This document shows positions 14,780 to 27,889 of a DNA stretch of 64,000 nt, one piece after another; position 1 is the stretch's first letter, and the number at the start of each line of letters is the position of its first letter. Both the position numbers and the translations under genes were made by a program. Origin of the DNA: Eledone cirrhosa (Eukaryota); the NCBI GenBank assembly GCA_964016885.1, contig OZ024743.1:4340001-4404000 (forward strand), in the 5' to 3' direction. The notes below the pieces were generated by a model. The model searched no databases. It was not told the DNA's origin and saw only the letters and a program-made list of their open reading frames with translations.

Positions 14780-15480
14780 TGGCAGAATTTTTAGAGCTTT
14801 GATCGGAATTTTCTGAGGTATTTCTTCTGGTTATTTACGTTCTGAGTTCACATCCCACCGAAGTTAAATTTGCTTTCCATATGTACATGACTGATAAAAT
14901 TAATTACAAGCAAAGACTTGGGGTTCATACAATCGATTTTCCCGTCGAAACAAAAGACTGCTCTTGTGTCTACATTAGAAATTATTTAAGGGCGATGGAT
15001 TGGCAGTATCGGTAGAGCGTCGGAGAACATACTTTGCGGCATATGGTTACATCCCTTTATGTTCTGAGTTTAAATACTGCCAAGGTTAGCTTTGCCTTTC
15101 ATCCAGGTCGATAAAATAACATAGCAGGGGTCGATTTAATCGATTTTCCCCTCCCCCAAAATTGTTGACCTTGTACCTAAATCAGAAACCATAGAGTTAC
15201 GGCCCTTGCCTTTCTGAGTTCAAATCCCGTCGAGGTTAACTTTGCCTTTCATCCTAACGGGGGTCGATAAAATAAAGTACCAGTAATACACTGATTAATT
15301 GCTGGCCTTGTTCCTATTGTAGAAACAATTATTAAACGAAAGATGGATTATCAGAGTCGTTGGAGTATCAGAGAAATGAGTAGGAGTATTTTCCGACTCT
15401 TTGCCATGAGATGAGATTACGTCAAGGTGAACTATGCCTTATCTCCTATTTGAGTCGAAAAATAAAGTACTGGTTAAGTC
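14780..15480 (+). mobile_element. Cluster of about four decayed SINE copies (Nin/Deu-domain-like)
   Basis: Repeated TTCTGAGTTCAAATCCCGCCGAGGTTAACTTTGCCTTTCATCC..GGGGTCGATAAAATAAAGTACCAGT; same family at 17561-17720, 20560-20730(-), 21050-21165(-), 43450-43675(-), 47230-47410. Confidence 0.75.
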
Positions 15481-15529
15481 CTGAGGCAGATATAATCAAC
15501 TTCCCTCAAATAATTAAATAAATAGATAA

Positions 15530-16650
15530 ATAAATAATTATCATAATTATTATTATTTATGTATTGGCCATATGGCCTGCATATAGGGGACAATACAAAA
15601 ACAGGGACAGTGTGGGGGTTTAGAGAAAAAATCGAGAAAAATTCTTTTATCAAATAACAATACCAATAGATCAATGAAATTACTTAATAGGGTGAAGAAC
15701 ACCTAGAGGTGACTTAGAAACCCCACCAATCCTAAGCCACTTGACGCTCCAGGAGCACCCTAGGAGGGCACTATTCTTCTCTCCAAACCAGCCAGCCTAA
15801 AGGCACATGGTCAGATTTAGCCCATTCACACGAGCCAACCTCGTTTCATTACCCGAATTTGGAAAAATGTACTGGGGACATCACTTTTCTTTCCATTCTC
15901 ACCTTTTTTCAAAATGTTTACAGATTGGCCGAAAATGAAAGTGACTGTCTTTAGTCCTTTCAGCTGCGCCTAACACAGAACTACTTTCGCCACAACCATC
16001 AAGCAGAGGAAAACTGTCTGCCCTTCACGGCCAAAAGGAAGGCAGTGAGGGGATCCTCACGATAGACTCATTCGATAACCGGATCTGTCCTACGCGCGAT
16101 AATAGATATTTAACAAAACTCCACGTCAGTAATGCACGGATACTGAACGAGTACGCGCAGAATGGTTTTATTGCTCCATGCGCATCTTCGACAGGTCCGT
16201 CTGACTGGACTCCCGAGCCTGTAGAGTTTATCTCGAACCGGCAGTGGTCCTCAGAAGACCTGCCAAGCTAGGGATTTCTGGGTGTTATCCATAGTCACCA
16301 GTTCGAAAGTCTTCCAGAACAGGCTGATCAGTTCGATTTCGTCGATGCCCAGAGCCGCTCCGAGAACGCCATCGCACTAGAGAACTCTAGAGGGGTATTT
16401 CCACTGACCGCATTGCCCGACTGACAGAGGGCAGTGAATGCCTGGCAACATTCCAGATGTCAGGAGCCCACACTCGGTATTCGATTCACGACTGCACATC
16501 AGTCAAACAGACGAGCTACGAAAAGACATGTCTGACAAATGGCAACAACACCTGTTCACTGTTTAGGAATATATGGAGATGGCGTAACCTCAGCGCATGT
16601 TTGTGCATTATCAGCCACGATATGTCTAGCCCTTCGAGTAGAGAGCGCTG
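15530..16650 (-). mobile_element. Decayed GC-richer LINE 3' fragment (possibly L1/Tx1-like)
   Basis: Abrupt GC-rich island with broken coding-like reading (HLECCQAFTALCQSGNAV..) and an A-rich/AAT end; family assignment is tentative. Confidence 0.4.
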
Positions 16651-16654
16651 ATAG

Positions 16655-16877
16655 AAGAAGAAGAAGAAGAAGAAGAAGAAGAAGAAGAAGAAGAAGAAGA
16701 AGAAGAAGAAGAAGAAGAAGAAGAAGAAGAAGAAGAAGAAGAAGAAGAAGAAGAAGAAGAAGAAGAAGAAGAAGAAGAAGAAGAAGAAGAAGAAGAAGAA
16801 GAAGAAGAAGAAGAAGAAGAAGAAGAAGAAGAAGAAGAAGAAGAAGAAGAAGAAGAAGAAGAAGAAGAAGAAGAAGA
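16655..16877. repeat. Pure (GAA)n trinucleotide tract, about 74 units
   Basis: Direct reading. Confidence 0.98.
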
Positions 16878-18074
16878 AATGTAGTGTGTTTGGGGAGAAT
16901 AAACTATCACGAAAACAATACCAATAGTGATAGGACCATTAGGATATGTCATCAAAACCATTGTTATTTGAAGGAAATTGGCATTTCACCAAATATAGCT
17001 ACACTGCAAATTTCTGCTTTGTTAGGAACTGTAGAAATGCCACGCAAAGTGCTTTCAATCTGAGGTAATTCAATTTGATCAGAAGATTAAATATCATCAC
17101 CAGACAAAAGCGCACCAAAAATATATGCCTAAATGTGTTTCGTTTTAGTTCTTGCAATAGGATGTTTCCTGAGATCATGTTGGTGGGTTTTGCTGCCCTT
17201 TATTTATTGATCCAAATCCTCTCATCAACACTAGTATAATCTCGTTGATAATGTATTACATTATAAAGATCTCAATCTCAAGTTTTTTTAAATATTTTTA
17301 AACAGTTTTTCTGTGAAATTATCTGATATGTTACAATCTGCTAGCACTGTCATATCAATCAGCATACATGTTTTATATATTGTCACGTCAATCAACATAT
17401 AGATATTTTTTAAATTAAGATTTCTCTCTTGTTTATGTATATTTCCTATCTTATTTTACTGACACCCATAGGATGTTAACATTATCATTCTTGGCAACTA
17501 TTTCTGGTTTGTGATCATACAATTTTTTAGATTTCAGTTTAATATTTCCAACATATTTTCAGGCGGCGAATTAGCAGAGTCGTTAGAACGTCGGATAGAA
17601 TGCTTTATAGTATTCGTTCCGGCTCTCTGCTCTTCGAGTTGAAATCCCGCCGAGGTCATCTTTGCCTTTCATCATTTCGAGGTGGATAAAATAAAGTACC
17701 AGTCTAGTACTGGTGTAGATTCTTTCTCTATATCTCTTTCTCATTTCCTCTCTCTCTCTCTCTCACATTCTATCTTTCTCTGGAAGAAATCTGCTGTATT
17801 CAGGCCTGGAGAGAGATGGGCTCCGCCAGGCTTAAAATACCCAAGAAACGCTGAATGTGAATACGGCGCCCCTACGACTCTAGCAGGAGTTACGGAACCA
17901 TACATACATATTTTTCAGTATGTGTGCTGCTGTCTTGTTGTGGCGTTAAATGTATTCGCTTTTTGCCAATATTTGGCAGCCGGAGATGATGTGGTTAGGG
18001 GTTTTCTCAAAAGTTCTACATACCCTACAGATTTCTATGCCATCCTTGATGATACGGTAGTAGTATGAACTAGT

Positions 18075-18400
18075 ATTTTGGAGAGCCCTCTGTCTCTGCA
18101 TTGCGTTGTCGCTTCTGGTTATTTTGGAGAGCCCTCTGTCTCTGCATTGCGTTGTCGCTTGTGGTTATTTTGGAGAGCCCTCTGTCTCTGCATTGCGTTG
18201 TCGCTTGTGGTTATTTTGGAGAGCCCTCTGTCTCTGCATTGCGTTGTCGCTTCTGGTTATTTTGGAGAGCCCTCTGTCTCTGCATTGCGTTGTCGCTTGT
18301 GGTTATTTTGGAGAGCCCTCTGTCTCTGCATTGCGTTGTCGCTTGTCGTTATTTTGGAGAGCCCTCTGTCTCTGCATTGCGTTGTCGCTTGTGCTTATTT
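18075..18400. repeat. 46-bp minisatellite, 7 copies
   Basis: Unit ATTTTGGAGAGCCCTCTGTCTCTGCATTGCGTTGTCGCTT(C/G)TGGTT starting at 18075, 18121, ... 18351. Confidence 0.95.
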
Positions 18401-19199
18401 TTCATGCATAACTTTTGCTACACAGTTTTTTCCTTATTTGTCGGTGAACCTGTTGTTTTGCCTCGTTCTTTCTTTAGAAGGCAAAATGTGCTGCTCTCAC
18501 ATTTTCCTTCTGTTAATTCCGGGATATTTACTTCTTATGATAATTTTCCCGACTCTCTCATCACTAAATATATCTTCTTCTTTTCCCGATTTTTGACAGT
18601 TTCTTCAAGGAAGTTTATGATATCGAGAGTTGTGTATCAAGGCCAATTGTGGTAGTTTTGTACGTTAGGTCAAGTTGCACCAGATCTCTGCCTCAATCTC
18701 CCTTATCATCATTAGACTCTTCCACAGTTTAGATGTCATCGCCGGTAGTAGAACTCATGAATGCCTCATCTCAAATACACTAATGAGACATTCACTTTAT
18801 GTTAATTCGAATAATAGAAATTCTTCCCAACAGCATAAATTACTGACGAGGCTTAAAAATCTGTTGCATTGATTCGAAGCTGGTCAAGTTTCTCGCGTAA
18901 GTCGTTTGGAACCGACGCCAGCGCAGTAATTATGATAGGGATGACTGACATGTTTGTCTGAATCCTGATAGTTCTGGGCGAAGGTCACAGTAATTGCATA
19001 ATTTTCGAAATCCAAAGTAACACTAATCAACTATCATAACATTTGTCAATATATTTTTCAACCACAACTTCGTATTTCAAGCCTTCTGTGTTCTATCACT
19101 GTCATAGTGAAGCATAATAACCCATAGTGTTTTCACTCGTTCATCATAGACTCCAGTCAATGTTGATACCATTTCTCAGATACTTGAATTTCATATTTC

Positions 19200-20340
19200 T
19201 TTGCATAATTGCTAGTGCAAGTTGAGACAAACTTTATCATGATACCTTTTATATTCTCTCGGGGCTAACAAAGAATATCCACTTATGATGTGCTATGCAT
19301 TTTCCACGCGTGAAATACATAACCTGCATTTGTTTGAAACATCCATTCCATAAATACCACTCCTGATTGAATTTGTGTTAAATGCCTGGTCTTGTGCTGC
19401 AATGATCAACCTTTCAGTTCCACGTTTCAATTTGCTAGGTCCTCGATTCTTCTGACGTTTTGTATCCCTTTCAAACTGTCCGTTCAAATTCATATAATAC
19501 ATTCTTTCCGTTCTACTTCTATCCCGTTCTTGTATTATTATTTTAATAAAGTATGTGCAGTGACTAGTTAGTGCTATCTTCTGGAGTTTTGGTCATGTAT
19601 TTGCTTGTGTGCATTTTTATGATATCCAAAGCAATTATTATTATGAGGATTTTATCAGTTTTCATAATCCATATTCAGCTTATTTCTATCTCTAGATCTT
19701 CACATTTGGATAATTCTCAAATTGCTTGATAGAAATATGTCAATTAGAAGGACGTTTCTCTGTGTGGTCTTTGACTACAATATCTAATCGGTTGATCTCC
19801 TTGAATGTAGGTATTGGCATATTCCAGAGTATGGCTACTGTTTCATTCACAGCCATCTTTTCTGGTTTCTGTCTATACTACATCTTTAACCTTTGTTATT
19901 CCGCCATGTTGGCATAACTTCCAGTGTATGTAAAGCTGTGGATAAATTCGTTTTAAATTCTTTTTTCACTTTTTGGCTAAGTCTGGACAGCCAGAGAAAA
20001 TATAGTCAATTGTTTCTTCCCCAGCGCCATTATTACTTTCTGTGTGTTCTGCACCATTGTATACTTTGGGTGGTTTCTGGTGGGGAGACTTTGATATTTG
20101 AAATCCTTTAGTTTCGGTTTTTAATCACGTATTTCTTAGCTTGGTTTGTAAATTTTGTCTGTCCACTTCTATGGGTTTTTCTTGCCATCGTTTTTCGCAT
20201 GACATTCTGGAGATTTGTTTTCAACATAGATTTATGGTTTCCACAGTAAATATGATAATTACTGGATCTTCTGCTACATTTTGATTCTCAGCCAGGACTT
20301 TAGACACAGTATTTTCAGGCTTTAATGCAGACGTTTGTCT
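19200..20340 (-). pseudogene. Decayed R4/Dong-like LINE C-terminal (zinc knuckle / restriction-like endonuclease) fragments
   Basis: LNGQF..LKRGTERLIIAAQDQAFNT..CRLC and LWNMPI..NRLDIVVKD motifs; related C-terminal LQISALLGT..RKVL at 17000-17063(+). Confidence 0.65.
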
Positions 20341-21726
20341 TTCAAATTTTTGCCACGAATATGTAGGTGAGGGGTATATTAAGCTGAATTAGTTCCAATA
20401 TATTTCATCAGTTCCTGAGGATGGAAAAGCAAAGTAAGCTAACAAAACGTAGCTATTTAGGACGTTTAATTTAAACCACTACTTTCTAGATATCCACAGC
20501 GCTCTTAAATAAAATCAGGATATTTGATGTAGACACAAGGCTAAATGTTATGTGAGAAGGATAGTTGATTAATTCGGCTCTAGTACTTTCTTTTATCAAC
20601 CCGTGGTCATGAAATATAAAGTTAATATTGGCGGAATTTGAATTCAGAATGTATAACTCTGTAAGAAAGTACCAGTGTATATTTTGTTTGATGCTCTAAC
20701 AATTCTGACAAATCCACGGTTTCTAACATTGGTAATAAGGTCACATGAGTGAAAGTTCTTCAGTAATTAACTAGTAGTTATTGTATCGACCCAAGAATGA
20801 CAAAAAGCAAACATTAGATAAGCTTGTAGCCAAAACATATTGCGTCCTAGTAAAATACTTCCAGACCAACACACCACTATTTTCTTGTATAAATGGTAAT
20901 TTCTAGCATAAGCACAAGAACGCTGAATTTTGATGGTCAAGAGTATCGTTGATTAAATCAACCACTGAAAGTTGAAAAAAAAAGATGTAAATATTGACAA
21001 GATTCGCACACAGGAATCTCTGAAAAATCTCCCAATCTATAATTCTTAATAATTGTTTCTACTTTTGGCACAAGGCCAGAAATTACCCAGTGCATTACTG
21101 GTACTTTTTATCGACCCAGTAAGGATGACAGGCAAAGTTAACCTCGGCGGGATTTGAACTCAGAACATAATAATGATTGATTACAAAGGCTGATGACGTT
21201 GAAAAGTGTATGAAAATAAAATAAAGAGTAAAACAACAAACAGGAGGCATGTAAATGGTGAGAACAACAATAACAACACAGACACTTTACTAGATAATAA
21301 TAATTAACACTAACAGTACAGAGTAAGAAATAAGAACAAGAAAAGTATCCCCGTGATGAAACGCAAATTACATATGATGATTCGGAGCACCCTACACCCA
21401 AACGTGGATTAATAACACATCAATAGTAATACCTTTTCCCAGTTTTTGCCATCAGCTAATATCCACAGAGTTAATGTGGGTCCCATTTAACCTCACCAAT
21501 TTCCCCGTTCCTACCCACCTTTTATAAAATTCATTAAAGTGTAGCACCTCCTCCTCAATGTTCCCCTTCCTCTTTAAGTGGTACTTCAAAACATAATGAA
21601 TAATAACAAATATAATGAGGTATTAGTGGTTATGTGTGTGTTAACCGCTTTTTTTTCTTTTGTTTTTTTCTCGGTATAATTAGCTAACAGATTTTGAAGA
21701 AAATTTGAAAATAATGCAATACAGAC

Positions 21727-21938
21727 CTTATGAACATCTCGACTCCCGTGGTTTCCATATTTCGCTTAATTGCTTTCCATGACTGTTTCAGTTTGAATAT
21801 ATCTCGGGCACTAAGAGGAAGTCGGGGATCGGCGTAGGGTGTGCTGCCCTCCACGGCACTAGGATCCTGACATACATTGCTTTTTCTTCTTTCGTTTAAA
21901 TTCGGTGGACACTGTTCTTTAGATTCTCGACAACCCAT
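21727..21938 (-). CDS. First coding exon of an N-terminally acylated globin (neuroglobin/globin X-like)
   Basis: GCCATGG Kozak; MGC start; A-helix LSARDIFKLKQSW and B-helix TGVEMFIR; the exon is 70 codons + 2 nt ending AG|GTCTGT, i.e. the ancestral globin B12.2 intron position. Confidence 0.88.
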
Positions 21939-23408
21939 GGCTTACTTCGATTTTTTTTAAATATCAAATTATGCTGATACTAATAAAACTAGTAAGAAAT
22001 AAGTTCTTTTTTAAATTTTTTATACAATGTATAACTAAAATAATTAAATAAATAAATCACCTAAATATGTATTTGTTTTCAAGTTATCAAGATTTTTTTT
22101 TTCCTTTTTTGTTTGAATAAGCAATTTATGAAGATGTTCAAACTTCTTTAACTACAAGAGCTTGTTGGACAGGTTTCCAACTCTATATATTCGGTATGTC
22201 CAACAAGGTATCGATATACACACACGCACTTATATATAATTATTCAATATATTATAAAATATATGTGTGTATGTATATACGTATGTGCGTGTATGTGTAT
22301 ATGTAGAACTTGTGTACGCTTTATATTTGTTATACTTAAATATAACTATATGCTATATATTTGAATAAATATATATATATAGAGAGAGAAAGGGTCTGTG
22401 AGAGAGAGACAGAAAATAGAGAGAAAGAAAGAGAGAGGGGGAGACAAGAGAGGGAGAAGGAGAAAAGGGAGAGAGAGAGGGGAGAGAGAGAATGGCTTTA
22501 ATTTATGTTTGTTTGCGGTGTCGTTGGCGAATACATATGTATGTTTGCTTGTTTATATCTGTGTCCGCGTATATTTTGTTCTGAATCATTTTCTGTTAGA
22601 TGTTTTGCGATAACTATTATAAATTACTAATACTTTGTTTAACATTCTTGTTTTTATTTTTTTTCACTGCTTTTTTGTTCTATTTTGTTTTAAAACTTAT
22701 ATGTTTCTTGGATTATTAGTTAGATCGATAATTATTTTCTTCTATAAATTTGTGGAGTGAGAGAAATGTATGTGTTTAATGTAAATAAATATATACTTCT
22801 CTGTGTGTAAATATTTATGAGTAGGGGAGGGACTTTTGTTTGTATGTATATATGTAAACCTGCAGCCGTAGATATTTATATATATGTAATTTCATTGCCA
22901 GAGACTAATTAACCCAACAACTAATCAGTATATATAGAACGAGAAAGAAGAGAGAAAAATATAGAGGGAAAATATGAAAGAAAAATAAGATTCACGGCAA
23001 CTAGTGTGTTGGTCTGCCTGACTGTTTGACTGGCCGTCAGAATACTGAGTCGCTTCTCTGTATAAATGAAATAAGCTTGCAGCCGATGTAAAAAGAAATG
23101 TAATAGTTTGTGGGAGAGAAGTAGGGAGAGGAGAACGAGGATGGCTGTTGTTATAGACAGCAGTCGTGTAATAGTGATGAATAGTAAACAAATAAGAAAA
23201 AGCAGGGAATGCTGTAAGAGACTTTATAACTGTTCATACATAAAGAGGAGTTTTTGATTGAGAGAACGAGGAAATGCGAGAGGCGAAGAGGGAGTGAAAG
23301 AGGAATGATAGAAAGAAGGCAACGAACAAGTATTTTACTAAAACGATGTTAAGTATAATATATATATATGTGTGTGTGTGTGTTTGTATGTATGTATGTA
23401 TGTATGCG

Positions 23409-23515
<107 letters not shown>

Positions 23516-23619
23516 AATTAGAAGCTTCTGTCATATTTATGACTGCAGAAATCGATTTATCATTAGGCAGCTAAGTATGTAAATGTTTCGATCCTTTCAC
23601 CGTGACTGCAGAGCTGCTC

Positions 23620-24960
23620 GGGATTACCCACTAATGTAGGCAACAGAGTTCCTACACAACAGTACAATCCTAGGTGAGTCTGATGTTGTAACTCCGAGCA
23701 AGACGTCTCCATTCACCTCAATGTGCCAAGCACACCATTTATTTCCTCTTTTGAGCCAGATGTAACGACACGCTTTCTCAGCTGCCTCAGATAAGGTTCT
23801 CGAAATATGTTTCTGTTCCTTTGCCGCCTGCTCAAGGACCCTGGTCAGCGAGGCAGGTGTATCCTCTAACACCTATCCCAGTGTGCCTCCCATTCACTGG
23901 TTTCACAGAGTTCAACTATCTTACTATACATCTTGTTCGCCTCCCATTCACTGGTTTCACAGAGTTCAACTATCTTACTATACATCTTGTTCGCCTCCCG
24001 GTCTTTACTACCTCCCTTTCGTTGCACTCCAAGACGATATGGTAAAATTTTGGAAGTTGTTTTTGCCATCCAGTTCAACTGAGTCTTCCTAAATCCCCTC
24101 CCATTTTAGGTCACTCTTTTTCTTACAGTGGCTGGCTTACAGTTTTCCCCTTATCTATAAAACTTCATCCTGCCCTTCACTTCTTGCGGTCTCTTGCCGT
24201 TTTCCATCCTCTTCACACTTACTTCCACTGTACCAATCAGTATTCTAAGCATTTTGTTGTGTCACCATCTGTATCTGTTCTACGGGTCTAATGGGCCACC
24301 GGACAGTATATGCTCCATTGTTTTAGCCTTTCCGAATTCGCCCAGGCCACACTTTTCTACTTCCCATCTTTTTAGGCTTGTGAGACTATGAAGCATATCC
24401 TAGATGGAGTGAAGCACAAAACTAGTTCGGGCTGGCTCCCATGATAAAGTGACTTCTATCTGATCTTCCGCTCAACAACAAACTCCTCTCAAGTTACACA
24501 TTATCCCTCCTGGCCACATTGCAACAAGCCCGCATAGTAACTTCACATGTCTAACTACGTTATCTAGTAGGTTACTGCTACTCTTCTCTCCTTCTGGTTC
24601 CTGAAATAGTATGATCTAATTTGAGAATTTTCAAAGCTCTTTCTATAGCTATGTGCATGATTATATCTTAGAAAGGGTACGAAATACCCCGTTGCCTTCG
24701 ATACCACCCATCTTTTTTCCAGTCATGAGCCCCAGGAGGGAAGAACATATGGTATGATCGAGTGAATGGCGAAACGTCAGCACACTCCACGCCTTACGAC
24801 ACTTGTACTGCTTGACTATTGATGAGATAGGTAATTTTAACGAACCACCATTCTTGTAAAGAGCGGCATGTAACATCTTGTGGCAATCAGGCAATCCTAG
24901 CCACTTGAGAATATAAATAATGTGTTTTCGCTCAATGGTTTTGACACGTGCTAATGTGAC
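23620..24960 (-). pseudogene. Decayed HERO-like non-LTR retrotransposon fragments
   Basis: KWLGLP..AALY..GGSLKLPISSIVKQYK and terminal LSEAAEKACRYIWLKRGNKW; includes a 54-bp tandem duplication at 23885-23992. Confidence 0.6.
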
Positions 24961-25092
24961 TTCATACAACACACACACTCACACTCACAAACACACACAC
25001 GCACAAATATATATATATATGTATGTATATATATAATTAGGATTTAGCTTCAGGCATAGCTGTATATATATATGTATAGAAATTTCGATTTT

Positions 25093-25476
25093 CTAAGGAA
25101 ACACGGTATGTTTACAGGTAAACATTTAGAAAGTCGTAGCTATGCAAAAAACACCGGGGCTAACGCCCTCTGGTGGTGTCCAGGAAGGTATCGTCCTGAT
25201 GAGAACAATGTAAGTCCGAACTGCATCGATGATTGTCCCCTTTGCTTCTGCTGGAACCCACCAGGTGTTTTTTGCATAGCCACGGCTTTCTAAATGTTTA
25301 CCTGTAAACATACCGTGTTTCCTTAGGTAAGTGAAGTACCCAATACATTAGTAGAGTATATACAAAAATTAATATAGAAATAACTTCTACAGGACTAGAA
25401 GTGTTTAATTCGTAAGAAATCATCAGGAAAGCCCTGATGATTTCATACGAATGAAACAGTCCTAGTCCTGTAGAAG
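25093..25476. repeat. Two adjacent fold-back PLE remnants carrying hammerhead-like cores
   Basis: 25093-25156 is complementary to 25263-25326, enclosing TCGTC-CTGATGA..GAAC-TGCA-TC-GATGA; 25384-25476 is an inverted pair of CTGATGA-TTTC..GAAT-GAAA motifs. Confidence 0.7.
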
Positions 25477-26753
25477 CCATTTGTAAATTAATTTACATAT
25501 ATATATATATCAAAGTGTTGTTGCTTGCTTGAAAACCAAACAATGCATTAGAAAGAAAATTAGATCGCTATGAATACCAAAAAACTTGCCTTAGCAAATT
25601 TTCGGGTTTAAAAACCTATTATCAAGGTAGTAACCCTATGAGAGACTTTAAAAATCAATCGGGGTTGATTTGCTTGTTTGGAGAGCAGATTTAAGTTAAA
25701 ATCTGCTCTCCAGACATTTCCTTAACATCTCCATGTAGCCAAAATCATATGAAGATAAATATAAATCTGCCAGAAATGAGCTGCAGTTTTCGCCCATTTT
25801 CATGCCTGTGAACAGCCTGAATCCATTACTTGTGAATGCAACGTAAGAATTACTAAAATCTGGATCACACGTACGAGTTTATCCTTTGACCAGTTAGTGT
25901 AACCTTTGTAATCTATTCTAGACATGAAGTCCTTGCCATTCCTGAAGGAAACATAAACTTATTTCCGAATACCATGTTTATTATACAACCCACCACTTTC
26001 TCAACTGAATTCAGTTAACCATATGCATACTTATGCCAGTCCTAGCAGATGGAGCACCCATATGGAGGCTCCCTCCAAGAGTCAAAACAGGCGTAGTAAT
26101 AGACACAGTCATTGATGAATTCAGAGAGATTAGACATACAGAGAGTTAAAAAGAAATAGGAAAGCAGACTTGCGATGGATGGGGGAAGACGGAAATTGCG
26201 AGTGGGGCATAGAAAGTTAGTGAGACATGAGAAAGAGGAACAGACAGAGGGTAATAGATATATAAAGGACAGACAGATAGAAAAAAAGAGTGGATAGAAG
26301 AAAGAGAAAGAAAGATAAAGAAGGACAGCCCAGATAGTTAAAAGAAAAGAAGGAAAAAGAAACACAGATGACGATTAGATTGATCCAGATATAGGGACAG
26401 ACAAATAAAAAGTAGAAAATATACAAAGACAGGGGTAGAAAAGTAGATATTTAATACTGCAAAATATAAAGGAAAACAGATAAATAACGACAGGGATAAA
26501 GAAATGGGGGTGTATGTTTACGAAAATAGAGAAACATAGAGAAGAGTAGAAAGAGGAATAAAAAGAAAATAAATAGATTATGTAGAAGTGTAGTAAGAAA
26601 TTAATGAAAGGATCAATTGGATGATCGAATATTATATATTAATACTCCCCCCAAAAAACACGTGACGTCACTAGATTTTGGATATGCGATGACAGAAACA
26701 TGAAATGGTAGGAGGAAAATATACACGTCAATTTTATGGGTACTTACGAAATG

Positions 26754-27679
26754 TTAACCCAAATTGTAGGAATCCTATAATGAAACGAGACGTCCGTCTG
26801 GGAAGAGATATATTCGATATGTCTCATATGAAATAATACAGCCAATTTTCCACACAATACTTTTAGTTAGCACCCCGAACGCATAATTAGGAATATAATC
26901 ACTTATTTCCTAATGTTTGTTGAGTGAGTTGGAATTTGGCCGGAGTATCGCTAAAAAACTTTCTCCGATATTGTATTTATTTATTTACTCTTGGCGCAGC
27001 AGAATTGAAATTTTCCCGGTATAAAGTTAGCATTTCTTTGTTTATTTTTTATATAGGAATATTGATTGTTCCTTATATCTCATTCTGTTATTTTGCCCGA
27101 GAAAATATCTGTGTGTGTCATCAAATGTTGTACACACATAGATATTTTTTCAATTTCCAATTGAGTTCTGAGCACGTGGCCTGAATTCCTTTTAGAGTTC
27201 ATGGTCATGCGCATGTATTGTTTTTTTTTGCGGTAATTTACTTCCTCATTTTTGAATCAGTTAGAGCATTTCTTTAGAAATGCTGGACTGGCAACCTGAC
27301 AGATACATCAGGTACAGATGATGATTATCGCTAAATAATACTGATGTTGGTTAGATTATCAATATTAGTATTATTGGAGCACCCACTGATGAATTATAGG
27401 AGCCCACTTGAATATATATCTATTGATGGTATACAAGCTCCTACATAAATTGGTATAATTTAACCAAAATTGTAGGAATCCTATAATGAAACGAGACGTC
27501 CGTCTGGGAAGAGATATATTCGATATGCCTCATATGAAATAATAAAGCCAATTTTCCACACAATACTTTTAGTTAGCACCCCGAACGCATAATTAGGAAT
27601 ATAATCACTTATTTCCTAATGTTTGTTGAGTGAGCTGGAATTTGGCCGGAGTATCGCTAAAAAGCTTTCTCCGATATTG

Positions 27680-27685
<6 letters not shown>
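26754..27685 (+). mobile_element. Non-coding, hammerhead-containing ~706-bp element in partial tandem (retrozyme-like)
   Basis: 26754-26980 is repeated directly at 27460-27685; full HHR at 27382-27508; no meaningful ORF; second monomer inverted at 31441-32148. Confidence 0.8.
27382..27508 (+). ncRNA. Type I hammerhead with greatly extended stem II
   Basis: CCCA-CTGATGA(27386)-ATTATAGGA..77 nt..TCCTATAAT-GAAA(27488)-CG AGACGTC CG-TC|TGGG. Confidence 0.8.
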
Positions 27686-27731
<46 letters not shown>

Positions 27732-27787
27732 CATATATAAATATATGTACATACACATATATATGCACATATATATATATACATATA

Positions 27788-27889
<102 letters not shown>

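Noticed and set aside
16539-17063. Poly-Arg / poly-Ser ORFs
   Set aside because: Products of the (GAA)n tract joined to LINE debris
18075-18400. CRISPR-like regular array
   Set aside because: Units are contiguous with no unique spacers, and the context is eukaryotic with no cas genes
23221-23230. TATA box for the globin gene
   Set aside because: TATAAA is common in this AT-rich DNA and there is no transcript evidence for the start site
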